From Armatimonadota bacterium (GTDB lineage: Bacteria > Armatimonadota > Fervidibacteria > Fervidibacterales > Fervidibacteraceae): a stretch of DNA of 46,237 nucleotides. Shown here one piece after another: positions 1 to 9,490 of this stretch. A program made the position numbers and the translations under genes. The stretch lies in the NCBI GenBank assembly GCA_025060305.1, contig JANXCD010000001.1, positions 1-46,237 of the forward strand. The letters run 5' to 3'. The notes under the pieces were generated by a model. That model had not been told where the DNA came from. It was given only the letters and a program-made list of their open reading frames with translations, and made no database searches. Positions within the stretch are counted from its first letter, which is position 1, and each line of letters opens with the position of its first letter.

Positions 1-1359
1 GTAAAAAGCGAAAGTCGCTGCAAGGGAGCGTGAAATGAAGCAAAACATGGGGTCAGCCCAAATCGTTCCCATCGTCGGTATGTTTTTGCCTTGAGCGTAT
101 CGGACGAGGCTGAAAGGAGTTTGCCAAGGGCTTGCCCAAACTTCAAAGCCTTTGCCCTTAAACCAATCCAAAGCAGGATACTTTTCAAACGGCTCATAAA
201 ACCAATAGTTGAGCACGACATCTTTTGGTATCAGGTCAATCGCTTTTGCAGTATTTTGTGGCGGACCGCCGTTTGCAGGTCCGATGGGAGCACCGATTTC
301 TTTCTCCCAATCAGGCGAAAGAAGCATGTCGTGCCAAATCACCATCTTGACACCACGCCCTTTGAGAAATTCATTGACCTTTGCTATGTGTTTGGCGAGA
401 AGTTGAGCGCTATCGTAACCTTGTTTTGACAGCCACTCAAAAAGTTCCCACGCCTCGTCCATGCCACAGTGAAACCATTTGACTGGTCCGTAAATTTCAA
501 GCATCTCGGTCAGGATGGGAAAAACAAATCGTTCGTAAACTTCGTCGTTTTGAACCATGATGCCACCATGCTGCGTGTATGGAGGTTTGTCGTAGGCTCG
601 TTCAAGGTGACCGAGCAAGTTGAGATAGCCGATAGGCTCAAGACCGAAAAAGCGAGCGTAGTCAATCACCGACTTCGCTTGCGACTTGCTGAAGCGGGCA
701 TAACGGGCAATAGTCGGTTCAAAATCCAAAACGACCTGCGGTCCAAACTCAATGGCGATATATCGGATTTTGAGACGAGCCAAAAGTTCAACGGCGATTT
801 TGTAAGACTCAATGCTTGGAGCCCAAGCACCTTGAATCATGAAAGCACGAAAGTTGCTTTTGGGGTAATCGTGAATTTTGACGCCTGCAACTTCCCAACC
901 TTTTGAAGTTCGCTTGACCGTCGGATGAGAAAGCAACTGCAAAAAGGAATGGACAGCCCAAAACGCACCTTGCAAATCGTGAGCACGCAAAATCACTTTG
1001 TTGGCGGAAGTTTCAACGATGTATTCTTCTTCCTTGCTGAGGTTGCGGTTGTCAAGTTCAAGGACGATTGTAGTCAATCCCTTTTCGGCAATTGCTTTGT
1101 CGCCGAAAAGTTTGGTCAGTTCGCTTTTGAGCAAATTCGCTGTCGCATCAAGTTCCTTTGGCGCTTCAACTCTGATTGGCAATCTCAAAATCCATTTGGG
1201 CAACCTTTGCAAATTTCTCGGTGGCGGGAAAATTAGAGGTAAATTCTCGTCGCTTTGGTAGGTGACGACACTTGCTTTTCCTTCTTGCGCAAGGCAAAAA
1301 CTTTTGACATTCAAAGCCGAAAGTGTGAAAAGAAACATCAAAGCCACCTCCAATCGCAT
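1..1359 (-). CDS. GH20-family beta-N-acetylhexosaminidase-like glycoside hydrolase, secreted, 3'-truncated by the window edge
   Basis: Not in ORF track. Hand translation from ATG 1359 (RBS GGAGGTGA) gives MRLEVALMFLFTLSALNVKSFCLAQ (signal-like), LIFPPPR, EEEYIVE, IHDYPKSNFRAFM, NLLGH and the GH20 catalytic motif FHCGMDE, then WHDM; open to position 1. Confidence 0.85.
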   Translation of the reverse strand, partial: MRLEVALMFLFTLSALNVKSFCLAQEGKASVVTYQSDENLPLIFPPPRNLQRLPKWILRLPIRVEAPKELDATANLLKSELTKLFGDKAIAEKGLTTIVLELDNRNLSKEEEYIVETSANKVILRAHDLQGAFWAVHSFLQLLSHPTVKRTSKGWEVAGVKIHDYPKSNFRAFMIQGAWAPSIESYKIAVELLARLKIRYIAIEFGPQVVLDFEPTIARYARFSKSQAKSVIDYARFFGLEPIGYLNLLGHLERAYDKPPYTQHGGIMVQNDEVYERFVFPILTEMLEIYGPVKWFHCGMDEAWELFEWLSKQGYDSAQLLAKHIAKVNEFLKGRGVKMVIWHDMLLSPDWEKEIGAPIGPANGGPPQNTAKAIDLIPKDVVLNYWFYEPFEKYPALDWFKGKGFEVWASPWQTPFSLVRYAQGKNIPTMGTIWADPMFCFISRSLAATFAFY

Positions 1360-1410
1360 TCCAGTCACCTCCACTACGAAACAACACCAACTGCATAAGT
1401 CCTCAGTCGT

Positions 1411-2277
1411 TTAACGGAAAGCAAGGTCTAAAGCCGTAGCAAAGAAAAGCAAAACGCTCACGATGCCATTGACCGTGAAAAACGCCGTGTTGACTTTTTG
1501 AGGGTTGCCAGGTTCAGCAATTGAATGTTCGTAAGCGATGAAGCCTACAATGAAAAGCCAAGCCAACCAAAAAATCGCACTCAATTCGGACACCCAACCG
1601 AAAGAAGCCAAAGCCAACAAAAAAACAGCGTGGAAAAGTCTTGATAACCAAATTGCTTTTTTAGCGCCATATCGCACTACAAGGGAACGAAGTCCAATGC
1701 GACGGTCAAATTCTTCGTCAAGGGTGGCGTAAATTATGTCAAAGCCAGCAACCCAAAAAGTTACAGCAACCATAAGCAAGATTGGTGGCAATTCAATCGT
1801 CCCTTTGAGAGCAATCCAAGCACCAACGGGAGCAACACCCAACGCCGAGCCAAGCCACAAATGAGACCAATCAGTAAACCTTTTGGTGTAGGAGTAGCCA
1901 AAAAGCCAAGCAATTGTCGGTAAAGAAAGCCAAAAAGCAAGCCAGTTGAGTTGATAGGCAGCAAAAACAAAAACCGATGCGGAAACGATAACAAAAACCC
2001 ATGCTTGCCTTAAGGTCAATTTGCCCGTCGGCAACTCACGATTTTTCGTTCTTGGGTTGAGTTTGTCAAACTTCAAGTCCACAATCCTGTTGAAACCCAT
2101 CGCCGCCGACCGAGCAGCAATGACAGCAATGACAATCCAAAACAACGACCTAAGCGGCGGGACACCACCAGCACAAACCCAAGCCGATGTCAAAGCAAAA
2201 GGTAAAGCAAAAACAGCATGCTCAAATTTGACGAAAGACAAGTATGTGCGAATCCGCTCAACCATAATTTTGTTCAC
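1411..2277 (-). CDS. UbiA-family prenyltransferase (4-hydroxybenzoate polyprenyltransferase / MqnP-like)
   Basis: KFEHAVFALPFA, FNRIVDLKFDKLNPRT and GFDIIYATLDEEFD Asp-rich motifs, many TM helices. Confidence 0.9.
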   Translation of the reverse strand: MNKIMVERIRTYLSFVKFEHAVFALPFALTSAWVCAGGVPPLRSLFWIVIAVIAARSAAMGFNRIVDLKFDKLNPRTKNRELPTGKLTLRQAWVFVIVSASVFVFAAYQLNWLAFWLSLPTIAWLFGYSYTKRFTDWSHLWLGSALGVAPVGAWIALKGTIELPPILLMVAVTFWVAGFDIIYATLDEEFDRRIGLRSLVVRYGAKKAIWLSRLFHAVFLLALASFGWVSELSAIFWLAWLFIVGFIAYEHSIAEPGNPQKVNTAFFTVNGIVSVLLFFATALDLAFR

Positions 2278-2489
2278 TCCAAGCCTATATGAAGGCTCTT
2301 TTTCGGCTATGCCCTACAAAAGTTTGAAGCAAAGCAAGTCTTTTGGCTTAGAGTTCAAAGGGTTAATTTTTCAGCCAAGCAGTAGCCTGACCCTTTGACA
2401 GAGTTAGCAGCATGATGGATTTGTGTCGCTACCTTGACTTAGCATTAAAATTGTGAAAGATAAAAGAGTGCTTGGCGAGGTGAAAGAAA

Positions 2490-3773
2490 ATGAAAGTTGA
2501 TGTCCGATATGGACGAACGCACCTTGAAGTAGAAGTGCCAGAGGAAAACTTGATGGCTGTCTGTCGCCTTCAGCCTGTTCCACCTATTGATGACCCCAAA
2601 AGCGCAATTGAAAGTTCCCTTGACAACCCCATCGGGACTCCCCCGATTCGTGAATTGGCTAAGGGAAAAGAGAGGGCTTGTATCGTCATTTGCGATATAA
2701 CTCGCCCTGTCCCAAACCCAATCATCTTGCCACCTTTGCTTCGCCGTTTGGAAGAGGCTGGCATAAAGCGGGATAAAATAACCGTGCTAATTGCCACTGG
2801 AACTCACCGACCAAACTTGGGTGACGAGTTGATTGAGATGGTAAGCGAATTTGTAGTTGAAAGCTACCGTGTTGAAAACCATGTTGCTACTGACATAGAA
2901 AGTCATGCTGATTTGGGTTGGACGAGCACTAAGATGCCAATTCTTATTGACAGCCGCTATGTTGAAGCAGATTTGAAAATCGTTGTAGGTTTGATTGAAC
3001 CCCATTTGATGGCAGGCTATTCAGGTGGGCGAAAAATCATCTGTCCTGGGATTATCGCAATGCCATGCATGAAAGTTTTTCACGGTGCCGAGTTCATGGG
3101 TCACCCTAAATCAGTGACTGGCATCCTTGATGGTAACCCTGTGCACTTGACAGCAATGGAGGTCGCTAACAAAGTAGGTTGCAATTTTGCTGTCCATGTC
3201 ACCCTTGACGAGCAACGGAGAATTACAGGCGTTTTCGCTGGCGATGTCTATGAGACTTTCCTTGCAGGAGTTCAACTCGTTGATAAAGTTGCTAAAGTTC
3301 CGATTCCTGAACCTGCCGACATCGTGATAACTTCAAGTGCTGGCTACCCGCTTGATACTACTTTCTACCAAGCCATCAAAGGCTTGGTGGGCGTTATGCC
3401 GATACTTAAACGAGGTAGCACCGTCATCTTGGCTGCTTCGCTTTTGGAAGGGCTCGGACTTCCTCGTTTCCGAGAGATTTACACTGAGTTCCGAACTTGG
3501 GATGAATTCAAGCGACTTATCTACTCGCCCAACTATTTCCGTGAAGACCAGTGGATGGTGCAGGAGCAAATGAAAGTAGCCGAAATCGCTGACATTTGGG
3601 TTTATAGTGACGGCGTCCCAAAAGAGGAACTTGAACTTGTCAAAGTTAAGCCAATAACATCTTTGCAAGAAGGCTTAGAACAAGCACTCAAAAAACACAG
3701 TCCAAAAGCGAAAGTGGTCGTTGTCCCTGAAGGTCCGTATGTTATGCCCATCGTCAGTCAAGGAATTAACTAA
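2490..3773 (+). CDS. larA: Nickel-pincer-dependent lactate racemase (LarA) family protein
   Basis: DITRPVP, ATGTHRP, EPHLMAGYSGGRK, AGYPLDTTFYQAIKG motifs. Confidence 0.88.
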   Translation: MKVDVRYGRTHLEVEVPEENLMAVCRLQPVPPIDDPKSAIESSLDNPIGTPPIRELAKGKERACIVICDITRPVPNPIILPPLLRRLEEAGIKRDKITVLIATGTHRPNLGDELIEMVSEFVVESYRVENHVATDIESHADLGWTSTKMPILIDSRYVEADLKIVVGLIEPHLMAGYSGGRKIICPGIIAMPCMKVFHGAEFMGHPKSVTGILDGNPVHLTAMEVANKVGCNFAVHVTLDEQRRITGVFAGDVYETFLAGVQLVDKVAKVPIPEPADIVITSSAGYPLDTTFYQAIKGLVGVMPILKRGSTVILAASLLEGLGLPRFREIYTEFRTWDEFKRLIYSPNYFREDQWMVQEQMKVAEIADIWVYSDGVPKEELELVKVKPITSLQEGLEQALKKHSPKAKVVVVPEGPYVMPIVSQGIN

Positions 3774-3775
3774 AA

Positions 3776-3872
3776 GTGCTACAAATTTATCGCCAAATAA
3801 TTTCGTCATCAACCACTGGCTAAAGCCAATGGCACGGCTAACCGAGCACTAACAAAATTTGTAGTAAAGAGC
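3776..3872. repeat. Half copy of the MITE/REP-like family
   Basis: TCGTCATCAACCACTGGCTAAAGCCAATGGCACG hairpin and terminal GTAGTAAAGAGCG; matches copies at 23227-23589 and 33473-33739. Confidence 0.8.
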
Positions 3873-3884
3873 GAAACATTGATA

Positions 3885-3913
3885 TTGACATCGCAAAAAT
3901 TGTGATTTAAGAT
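3885..3913 (+). promoter_or_regulatory. Sigma70-type promoter for the prepilin gene, with a palindromic spacer
   Basis: TTGACA-17bp-TAAGAT; imperfect palindrome ATCGCAA-aaa-TTGTGAT across the spacer. Confidence 0.6.
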
Positions 3914-3986
3914 TAGCAATCAGAGCCTTCAGACGCTTCTTCAGCGATCTAAAGGCGAAAATCCTTTCAAAAGGAGGTAGATTTTT

Positions 3987-4820
3987 ATGAAGTGCGCTAT
4001 TGTCAAGCACAACCTTTGTCGTCTCAATCGTGGCTTTACGCTCATTGAGTTGTTGGTTGTGATTGCTATCATAGCAATTTTGGCGGCGATTTTGTTCCCT
4101 GTATTCGCTCAAGCGAGGGAAAAGGCTCGTACTGCATCGTGCACCAATAACATGCGCAACATCACGATGGCGGCTGCCCAATATTTTCAGGACTATGACG
4201 AGCGATTTATGGGGGCAAGATATAGGTTTCCTGGTGGTGTCATGTATGCGACATGGCGACGAGTCATTGACCCATACTCCAAAAATGAGCAGATTTTCCG
4301 TTGCCCTTCTAACACCCACTTGTTTGAAGAAAGCGACGGCAGAAACCCAGGGCGTGAAGATGTAACAGGTAACTATGCTGTTTCGGCATGGATGTTTTGT
4401 TCTATTGAGTGTGACCCTGCAAGAAATGCCCGTGTTTCGGCTCTACTTAAGGGACACATGATGGGAAGTGGTAGTCTTTGGACTGACCCTAATTGTGCTG
4501 CTATTAGACCGTCAGGACCAACTGAACTTGTTGTATTTACAGAAGTGGGCGTAGGTTGTTACCATGTTGACTTTAGCGGACATTTTTGGTGTGGCGGTCA
4601 CAATTCTTGGTTCGCTACTCGTCCCTTCTCAGGTCACACAAAAGGTGCTATATTCGGATTTGCAGACCACCATGTCAAGTGGATGAAATGGATGAGAACC
4701 TTTAATCCCAAGTTCCTATATCCAGGTGACTGTTGCGATTGCAATCGGGCATTAAGTTTAAGTCGGGGTCAGGCAGAAAACGGTCCTTTCCATCCTTCTG
4801 TTATGGATGCTATCAACTGA
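3987..4820 (+). CDS. Prepilin-type N-terminal cleavage/methylation, DUF1559-like protein
   Basis: [45 protein letters not shown]-terminal H-X9-D(H) motif; RBS AGGAGG. Confidence 0.92.
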   Translation: MKCAIVKHNLCRLNRGFTLIELLVVIAIIAILAAILFPVFAQAREKARTASCTNNMRNITMAAAQYFQDYDERFMGARYRFPGGVMYATWRRVIDPYSKNEQIFRCPSNTHLFEESDGRNPGREDVTGNYAVSAWMFCSIECDPARNARVSALLKGHMMGSGSLWTDPNCAAIRPSGPTELVVFTEVGVGCYHVDFSGHFWCGGHNSWFATRPFSGHTKGAIFGFADHHVKWMKWMRTFNPKFLYPGDCCDCNRALSLSRGQAENGPFHPSVMDAIN

Positions 4821-4830
4821 AGAAGTCTAT

Positions 4831-4857
4831 GGGGTTGGGGTGTTATGCCCCAATCCC
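4831..4857 (+). terminator. Intercistronic GC-rich hairpin (terminator/attenuator-like)
   Basis: GGGGTTGGGGTG-tta-TGCCCCAATCCC just after the prepilin stop, followed by a pyrimidine-rich tract. Confidence 0.5.
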
Positions 4858-4887
4858 TCTGCTTTCTCAAAAGGGGGTTACCCTGTT

Positions 4888-5445
4888 TTGAGACCTTGGA
4901 TAGTCTTGCTTTTGTTACTAATCCCCATGATTTTGTTAGGATGGTGGACATCTTCCCGATCTAAGGAAAAAGACAGTTTCTACTCATCAGTTAGCCCTTC
5001 CCAGTCATACAAGCCCATGCCCTCAACTTCTGCTTCATCCAAAACTGCTCCTTCCCCTTTTTTGCTACCTGGCGAGGAGAAATTGCCTCGCTCTTTGGCT
5101 ATTCGTCGGTTCGGTAAGACTGGTGCATCATTCAGATTGAAAGCCTTTTATCCCTACCATCGTGGTCATGAAGAATTTGCTCGTTATTTCTCTTCCTTGC
5201 CAGATCGTTTTCAAGATTTAGAAGTCGTGTGCATTGATTTTGCTACGAAACTTGGCAATGTCCTCTTCCGTCAAGAAGGGCTTTCCTGCGGAGCCGTGAT
5301 AGTTGAGCGAAAAACAGAAAAAGGTTACCAACGAGTCCGACTTTTTTCTGGTCCTATGAGCGGGAGCGTATGTGGCGATGGTGAGTGGGGAAAACAAGAC
5401 TTAGAAAACCTTCTCCGCCAACTCACGCAGAAAGAGGAACACTAA
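4888..5445 (+). CDS. Hypothetical N-terminally membrane-anchored protein
   Basis: ORF 4807-5445; in-frame TTG at 4888 after AAGGGGG; hydrophobic WIVLLLLLIPMILLGWW, Ser/Pro linker, small globular domain. Confidence 0.65.
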   Translation: MRPWIVLLLLLIPMILLGWWTSSRSKEKDSFYSSVSPSQSYKPMPSTSASSKTAPSPFLLPGEEKLPRSLAIRRFGKTGASFRLKAFYPYHRGHEEFARYFSSLPDRFQDLEVVCIDFATKLGNVLFRQEGLSCGAVIVERKTEKGYQRVRLFSGPMSGSVCGDGEWGKQDLENLLRQLTQKEEH

Positions 5446-5524
5446 CCGCCGTAACTTTCTGTCCCAAATTTTTCAACACAACAATCATTATGCTTGCGTC
5501 AAATTTTCCTTTTGGTGAAGGCTT

Positions 5525-7849
5525 ATGTTTAAGAGCCGATGGAGCAAACTTTTGGAAGGGCTGAAGAATGCTCCTGATTACCGCAATCAAATTGTTACTA
5601 TTTTGTCTATGCCATCTCGTGAACCTGTTTTCGCTGAATTGGAAGAACCTTTGCACCCAAAACTTCAGGAAGCATTGGCACGAATTGGGATTGAGCGATT
5701 TTACAAGCACCAAGCGGAAGCGTGCGATGCTGCAAGGCAAAGCGAAAATGTTGCTGTGTTCACTCCGACTGCTTCAGGCAAAACTTTGTGCTACAACTTG
5801 CCTGTCCTTGACACTTTGCTGAAAGAACCGAAGGCTCGTGCCTTTTACCTATTCCCGACAAAAGCGCTCGCTCAAGACCAGTTGCGGAAATTGCAAGATT
5901 TTGATTTAACAAAAGAGTTGATAGCATCAACTTACGATGGTGACACACCAACGGACATACGCAGGTTAGTGAGAGAACATTCCCGAATTGTCTTAACGAA
6001 CCCTGACATGCTCCATGTAGGGATTTTGCCCAACCACACAACTTGGGCACATTTCTTTCGCAACCTTCGTTTCGTCGTCATTGACGAACTTCATGCATAT
6101 CGTGGCATCTTTGGCATCCACTTCGCCTATATTATTCGCAGGCTAAGGCGAATTTGTAAACTTTACGGCAGTGAGCCCGTTTTTATTTGCACATCGGCGA
6201 CTTTGGGCAATCCTGAAGAGGCGCTGAGTAATTTGATTGGCTTAACTTTCCGAATAGTCTCAGGCGATGCTTCACCGATGCCAGCAAAAACCATCGTTTT
6301 TTGGAATCCGCCTTTCCTTAACCTTGAAGCGAGCATCAGGGCACGAACAAGCACGGAAGTTGTGAAATTGATGGTCAAATTGCTGAGTGAAGAAATCCGA
6401 ACGATCGTTTTCACGAAGTCACGAATGAGCACAGAGTTGCTTTTGCGTTATGTCCGTGACCAACTTTCTCACGAGTGGCTTGACAGTTTGCGTGACAAGG
6501 TGATGAGTTACCGTGCTGGCTATTTGCCTGAAGAGCGAAGAGAAATTGAGCGCAAATTATTTGATGGCGAACTTTTGGGCATTATTGCGACGAGCGCTTT
6601 GGAGTTAGGCATTGATGTTGGCGAACTTGAAGCAGCGATCTTGGTCGGCTATCCTGGCACAATCGCCAGCACTTGGCAAAGGGCAGGAAGGGCTGGAAGG
6701 CATAAAGAAGGTTTGGTCATTATGGTAGCAACAGCAAACCCTGTTGACCAACATATTGTCCACAACCCTGAATTTTTGCTTCGCAGCGTTGAGCCTATTG
6801 CAGTTTCACTCAGAAACCCTTACATTGCAGCGATGCATTTGATGTGCGCTGCGTACGAACTTCCGCTCAGCGGTTCTGACCGTGAGTTTTTCGGCGAACT
6901 TTTTGACCCTTTGATTAAGCGCTTGGAAGAGCAAGGGATTGTCAGCAAGGGCGAAAGGAAGTTTTGGCTGATGCCATACCGACCTCACGATGATGTCAAC
7001 ATCCGTTCAGTTACAGCCGATGAATTTCAAATCCTCAACCGCTCAAATGGTTTATCGCTTGGGACAGCAGAAAGGTGGCGAGTTTTCAGGTCACTTTACC
7101 CTGGCGCAATTTACTTGCACATGGGCGAAACTTATTTCGCTGAAGCAATTGACTTGCAAAAGAAAATCGTTTATGTCTATCCAACGGTCACTGACTACTA
7201 CACTGTGCCGATAGAACAAAAGGAAAATGAAGTGCTTTCAGTTTGGAAACAAAAACCGCTCAAGTTTGGGAGGGCATACTTGGGCGAATTGAAAGTTCGT
7301 GAGCAAGTCATCGGCTTCAAGCGATTAAGGCTTTTCACTGATGAAGTCCTTTCGGCAGAAATCCTTGATTTGCCACCAGAAGAGTATGAGACTGTTGGGC
7401 TTTGGTTTTGTGTTGACGACGATTTAGTAGCCAAACTTGAAGAAAATGAGTTTCACTTGATGGGTTCGCTTCACGCAAGCGAGCACGCAGCAATTGCCCT
7501 TTTGCCTTTAGTCATTTCCGCTGAACCTGATGATGTTGCCGGGATTTCCTACTCGCCTTGGCATCCAGATACTCTTCAACCTACAGTTTTCATTTACGAC
7601 AGTTATCCTGGCGGAGTGGGCTTTTCCGAGTTAGCCTTTGAGCGCCTTGAAGAATTGCTCAGTCAGACTTTAGAAATGATTGCCAACTGCCCTTGCAAAG
7701 CGGGTTGCCCATCTTGTATTCAATCTCCAAGATGCGGTAGCGAAAACCAACCCCTTGATAAATGGGGAGCAGCGTTTTTGCTGGCGAAGTTATTAGGGAA
7801 ACAGATAACTGAAGTTTGCACAGGGGACAAAAATTTGCCAAAGCGGTAA
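5525..7849 (+). CDS. DEAD/DEAH-box helicase with C-terminal DUF1998 Zn domain (MrfA/YprA/Hrq1 family)
   Basis: TASGKT, PTKALAQDQ, DELH, SAT, ALELGIDVG, QRAGRAGR, CPCKAGCPSC. Confidence 0.92.
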   Translation: MFKSRWSKLLEGLKNAPDYRNQIVTILSMPSREPVFAELEEPLHPKLQEALARIGIERFYKHQAEACDAARQSENVAVFTPTASGKTLCYNLPVLDTLLKEPKARAFYLFPTKALAQDQLRKLQDFDLTKELIASTYDGDTPTDIRRLVREHSRIVLTNPDMLHVGILPNHTTWAHFFRNLRFVVIDELHAYRGIFGIHFAYIIRRLRRICKLYGSEPVFICTSATLGNPEEALSNLIGLTFRIVSGDASPMPAKTIVFWNPPFLNLEASIRARTSTEVVKLMVKLLSEEIRTIVFTKSRMSTELLLRYVRDQLSHEWLDSLRDKVMSYRAGYLPEERREIERKLFDGELLGIIATSALELGIDVGELEAAILVGYPGTIASTWQRAGRAGRHKEGLVIMVATANPVDQHIVHNPEFLLRSVEPIAVSLRNPYIAAMHLMCAAYELPLSGSDREFFGELFDPLIKRLEEQGIVSKGERKFWLMPYRPHDDVNIRSVTADEFQILNRSNGLSLGTAERWRVFRSLYPGAIYLHMGETYFAEAIDLQKKIVYVYPTVTDYYTVPIEQKENEVLSVWKQKPLKFGRAYLGELKVREQVIGFKRLRLFTDEVLSAEILDLPPEEYETVGLWFCVDDDLVAKLEENEFHLMGSLHASEHAAIALLPLVISAEPDDVAGISYSPWHPDTLQPTVFIYDSYPGGVGFSELAFERLEELLSQTLEMIANCPCKAGCPSCIQSPRCGSENQPLDKWGAAFLLAKLLGKQITEVCTGDKNLPKR

Positions 7850-8043
7850 TGGTCTCTGATACTTTCACGAACGCCATCGTTAGATGACAACATTTCTATG
7901 CTGAATAAAACTCAGAACTCAGCATGAGCCTGAAGAAAGAAAATTCAAAACTCATATAACTCAATTTCTGTCAAACTTGAAAACTCCAAACTTACATGTC
8001 ACTCTCTTACGAGACAATGCATTGAGTTCGGAGGTGAACAAGA

Positions 8044-8724
8044 GTGAGACAAGAGATACCTTTGCTCTTGGTTGAAACAGTTTTGTTTCCGGGCTCTAAA
8101 TTGCCATTGACGATTTTTGATGAAAAGGATAAAAGGTTGCTTGAAGACTGCTTGATTGGTGACAGGATTGTCGGCGTTATTTTGTTCAGACGACGGTTGC
8201 CCTTTGACCGAAACAGATTTTGCGATGTTGGAACAATTGCTCGTGTCATTCACGCCGAAATCACTCAAGAAAACCAAATAGCCATAGTGCTCAGAGGAGA
8301 GCAAAGGTTTAGGCTTATAGAGGTCGTCCAAAGCGAGCCATATTGGGTTGGTCGCATTGAGATTTTGCCAAACAGATTTTCCTTAATCTCGCCACAACTA
8401 ACTCATCTGGCAAATCGGCTTTCAGCGATGCTTTACAGATACATTGAACTGAGAGAAATTGCTGATAAACTTGCCCTTGCTGACATGATGCTTCCAACTG
8501 ACCTTCTAACATTGGGCTACCGAATTGGCTCTCTTCTTGATGTGCCTTTGCAGGAGAAGCAAGAACTTCTTGAAACTGAAGATGTCAACGAGTTGCTTTT
8601 GCGTGAATTGGAAATTTTGAACCGAGAGATAAAGCGGCTTCAAGAATCCGCCTTTTGGCAGCAATTCGTCAAGCGAATTACTCTCAAGCGGGCTTTGTCT
8701 ATGGAAAGAGCCGTTTGGAATTAA
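8044..8724 (+). CDS. Stand-alone Lon protease N-terminal substrate-binding domain protein
   Basis: IPLL..TVLFPGSKLPLTIF, VGTIARV, GEQRFRL, EKQELLE; no AAA+ or protease domain. Confidence 0.85.
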   Translation: MRQEIPLLLVETVLFPGSKLPLTIFDEKDKRLLEDCLIGDRIVGVILFRRRLPFDRNRFCDVGTIARVIHAEITQENQIAIVLRGEQRFRLIEVVQSEPYWVGRIEILPNRFSLISPQLTHLANRLSAMLYRYIELREIADKLALADMMLPTDLLTLGYRIGSLLDVPLQEKQELLETEDVNELLLRELEILNREIKRLQESAFWQQFVKRITLKRALSMERAVWN

Positions 8725-8749
8725 AGCCTATTTGTGAGGGAGAGATTTC

Positions 8750-9163
8750 ATGTTGCTGAGGATTTATGCTGACGGTTCATCAATTGGCAACCCAGGACCA
8801 GCAGGAGTAGGGGTTGTCGTCTTTGATGAGAGCGGAAAAATTTTGGTCACCCATAGTTTGTCTTTGCCCTTTGCCACCAACAATGAAGCGGAATACATTG
8901 CAGTTATTGAAGCCCTTAAACTCGCCCAAAAATTTGCACCTGACGAAGTGATTTTGTTCGTTGATAGTGAGTTGGTAGCCCAGCAACTGAAAGGCAAATA
9001 TAAGGTTAAGTCGCCCAAACTTCAAAGGCTACATGAAGAGGTTTTGAGTTTGGCTCGCAAGTTTCGTCGGTTCAGTGTAACCTATATCCCACGAGAATCA
9101 AACTCGCTTGCCAACAAACTTGCACAAGAGGCATCTTCGGCTGCAAGTTCATTGAGCCTGTGA
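8750..9163 (+). CDS. Ribonuclease HI family protein
   Basis: YADGSSIGNPGPAG, TNNEAEY, DSELV, IPRESN.LA. Confidence 0.9.
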   Translation: MLLRIYADGSSIGNPGPAGVGVVVFDESGKILVTHSLSLPFATNNEAEYIAVIEALKLAQKFAPDEVILFVDSELVAQQLKGKYKVKSPKLQRLHEEVLSLARKFRRFSVTYIPRESNSLANKLAQEASSAASSLSL

Positions 9164-9178
9164 AGGAAACTAAAAAGC

Positions 9179-9425
9179 GTGAAAGTTTCACCTTCAATTC
9201 TGTCTGCGGATTTTAGGCGATTTGGAGAAATTGTCCGAAAAATTGAAGCCAGCAGAGCCGATTGGATGCACTTTGACATCATTCTGAAGCAACCTATCAC
9301 TTGAATCGCACTATTAACGCAATAGAGGAGGCAGAAGCGATGGCAGGTGTCGCCCTAAACCCTTCTACTCCAGTAGAGTTTGGTCAAGCCAATTTTGTGC
9401 CTGCTTGATTTGGTTTTGGTCAGTA
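9179..9425 (+). pseudogene. rpe: Ribulose-phosphate 3-epimerase remnant
   Basis: GTG 9179 VKVSPSILSADFRRFGEIVRKIEASRADWMHFDI, then after a frameshift HSEATYHLNRTINAIEEAEAMAGVALNPSTPVEF, then VKPILCLLDLVLV; internal deletion, frameshifts, 3' part missing. Confidence 0.85.
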
Positions 9426-9448
9426 GTTAGTAACGAACAAAACGATCT

Positions 9449-9478
9449 GCAAATTCATTCGGCGAAAATTTAAGAGCG
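9449..9478. repeat. Remnant of the MITE/REP-like family
   Basis: AATTCATTCGGCGAAAATTT followed by AAGAGCG, as in the 23305 and 33554 modules. Confidence 0.55.
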
Positions 9479-9490
9479 GGAACATTTTCA

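Noticed and set aside
91-1396. Short ORFs listed in the track
   Set aside because: Shadows of the minus-strand GH20 gene
2354-2398. Inverted repeat TCAAAGGGTTA...TGACCCTTTGA as a riboswitch
   Set aside because: Single stem with no recognisable aptamer consensus
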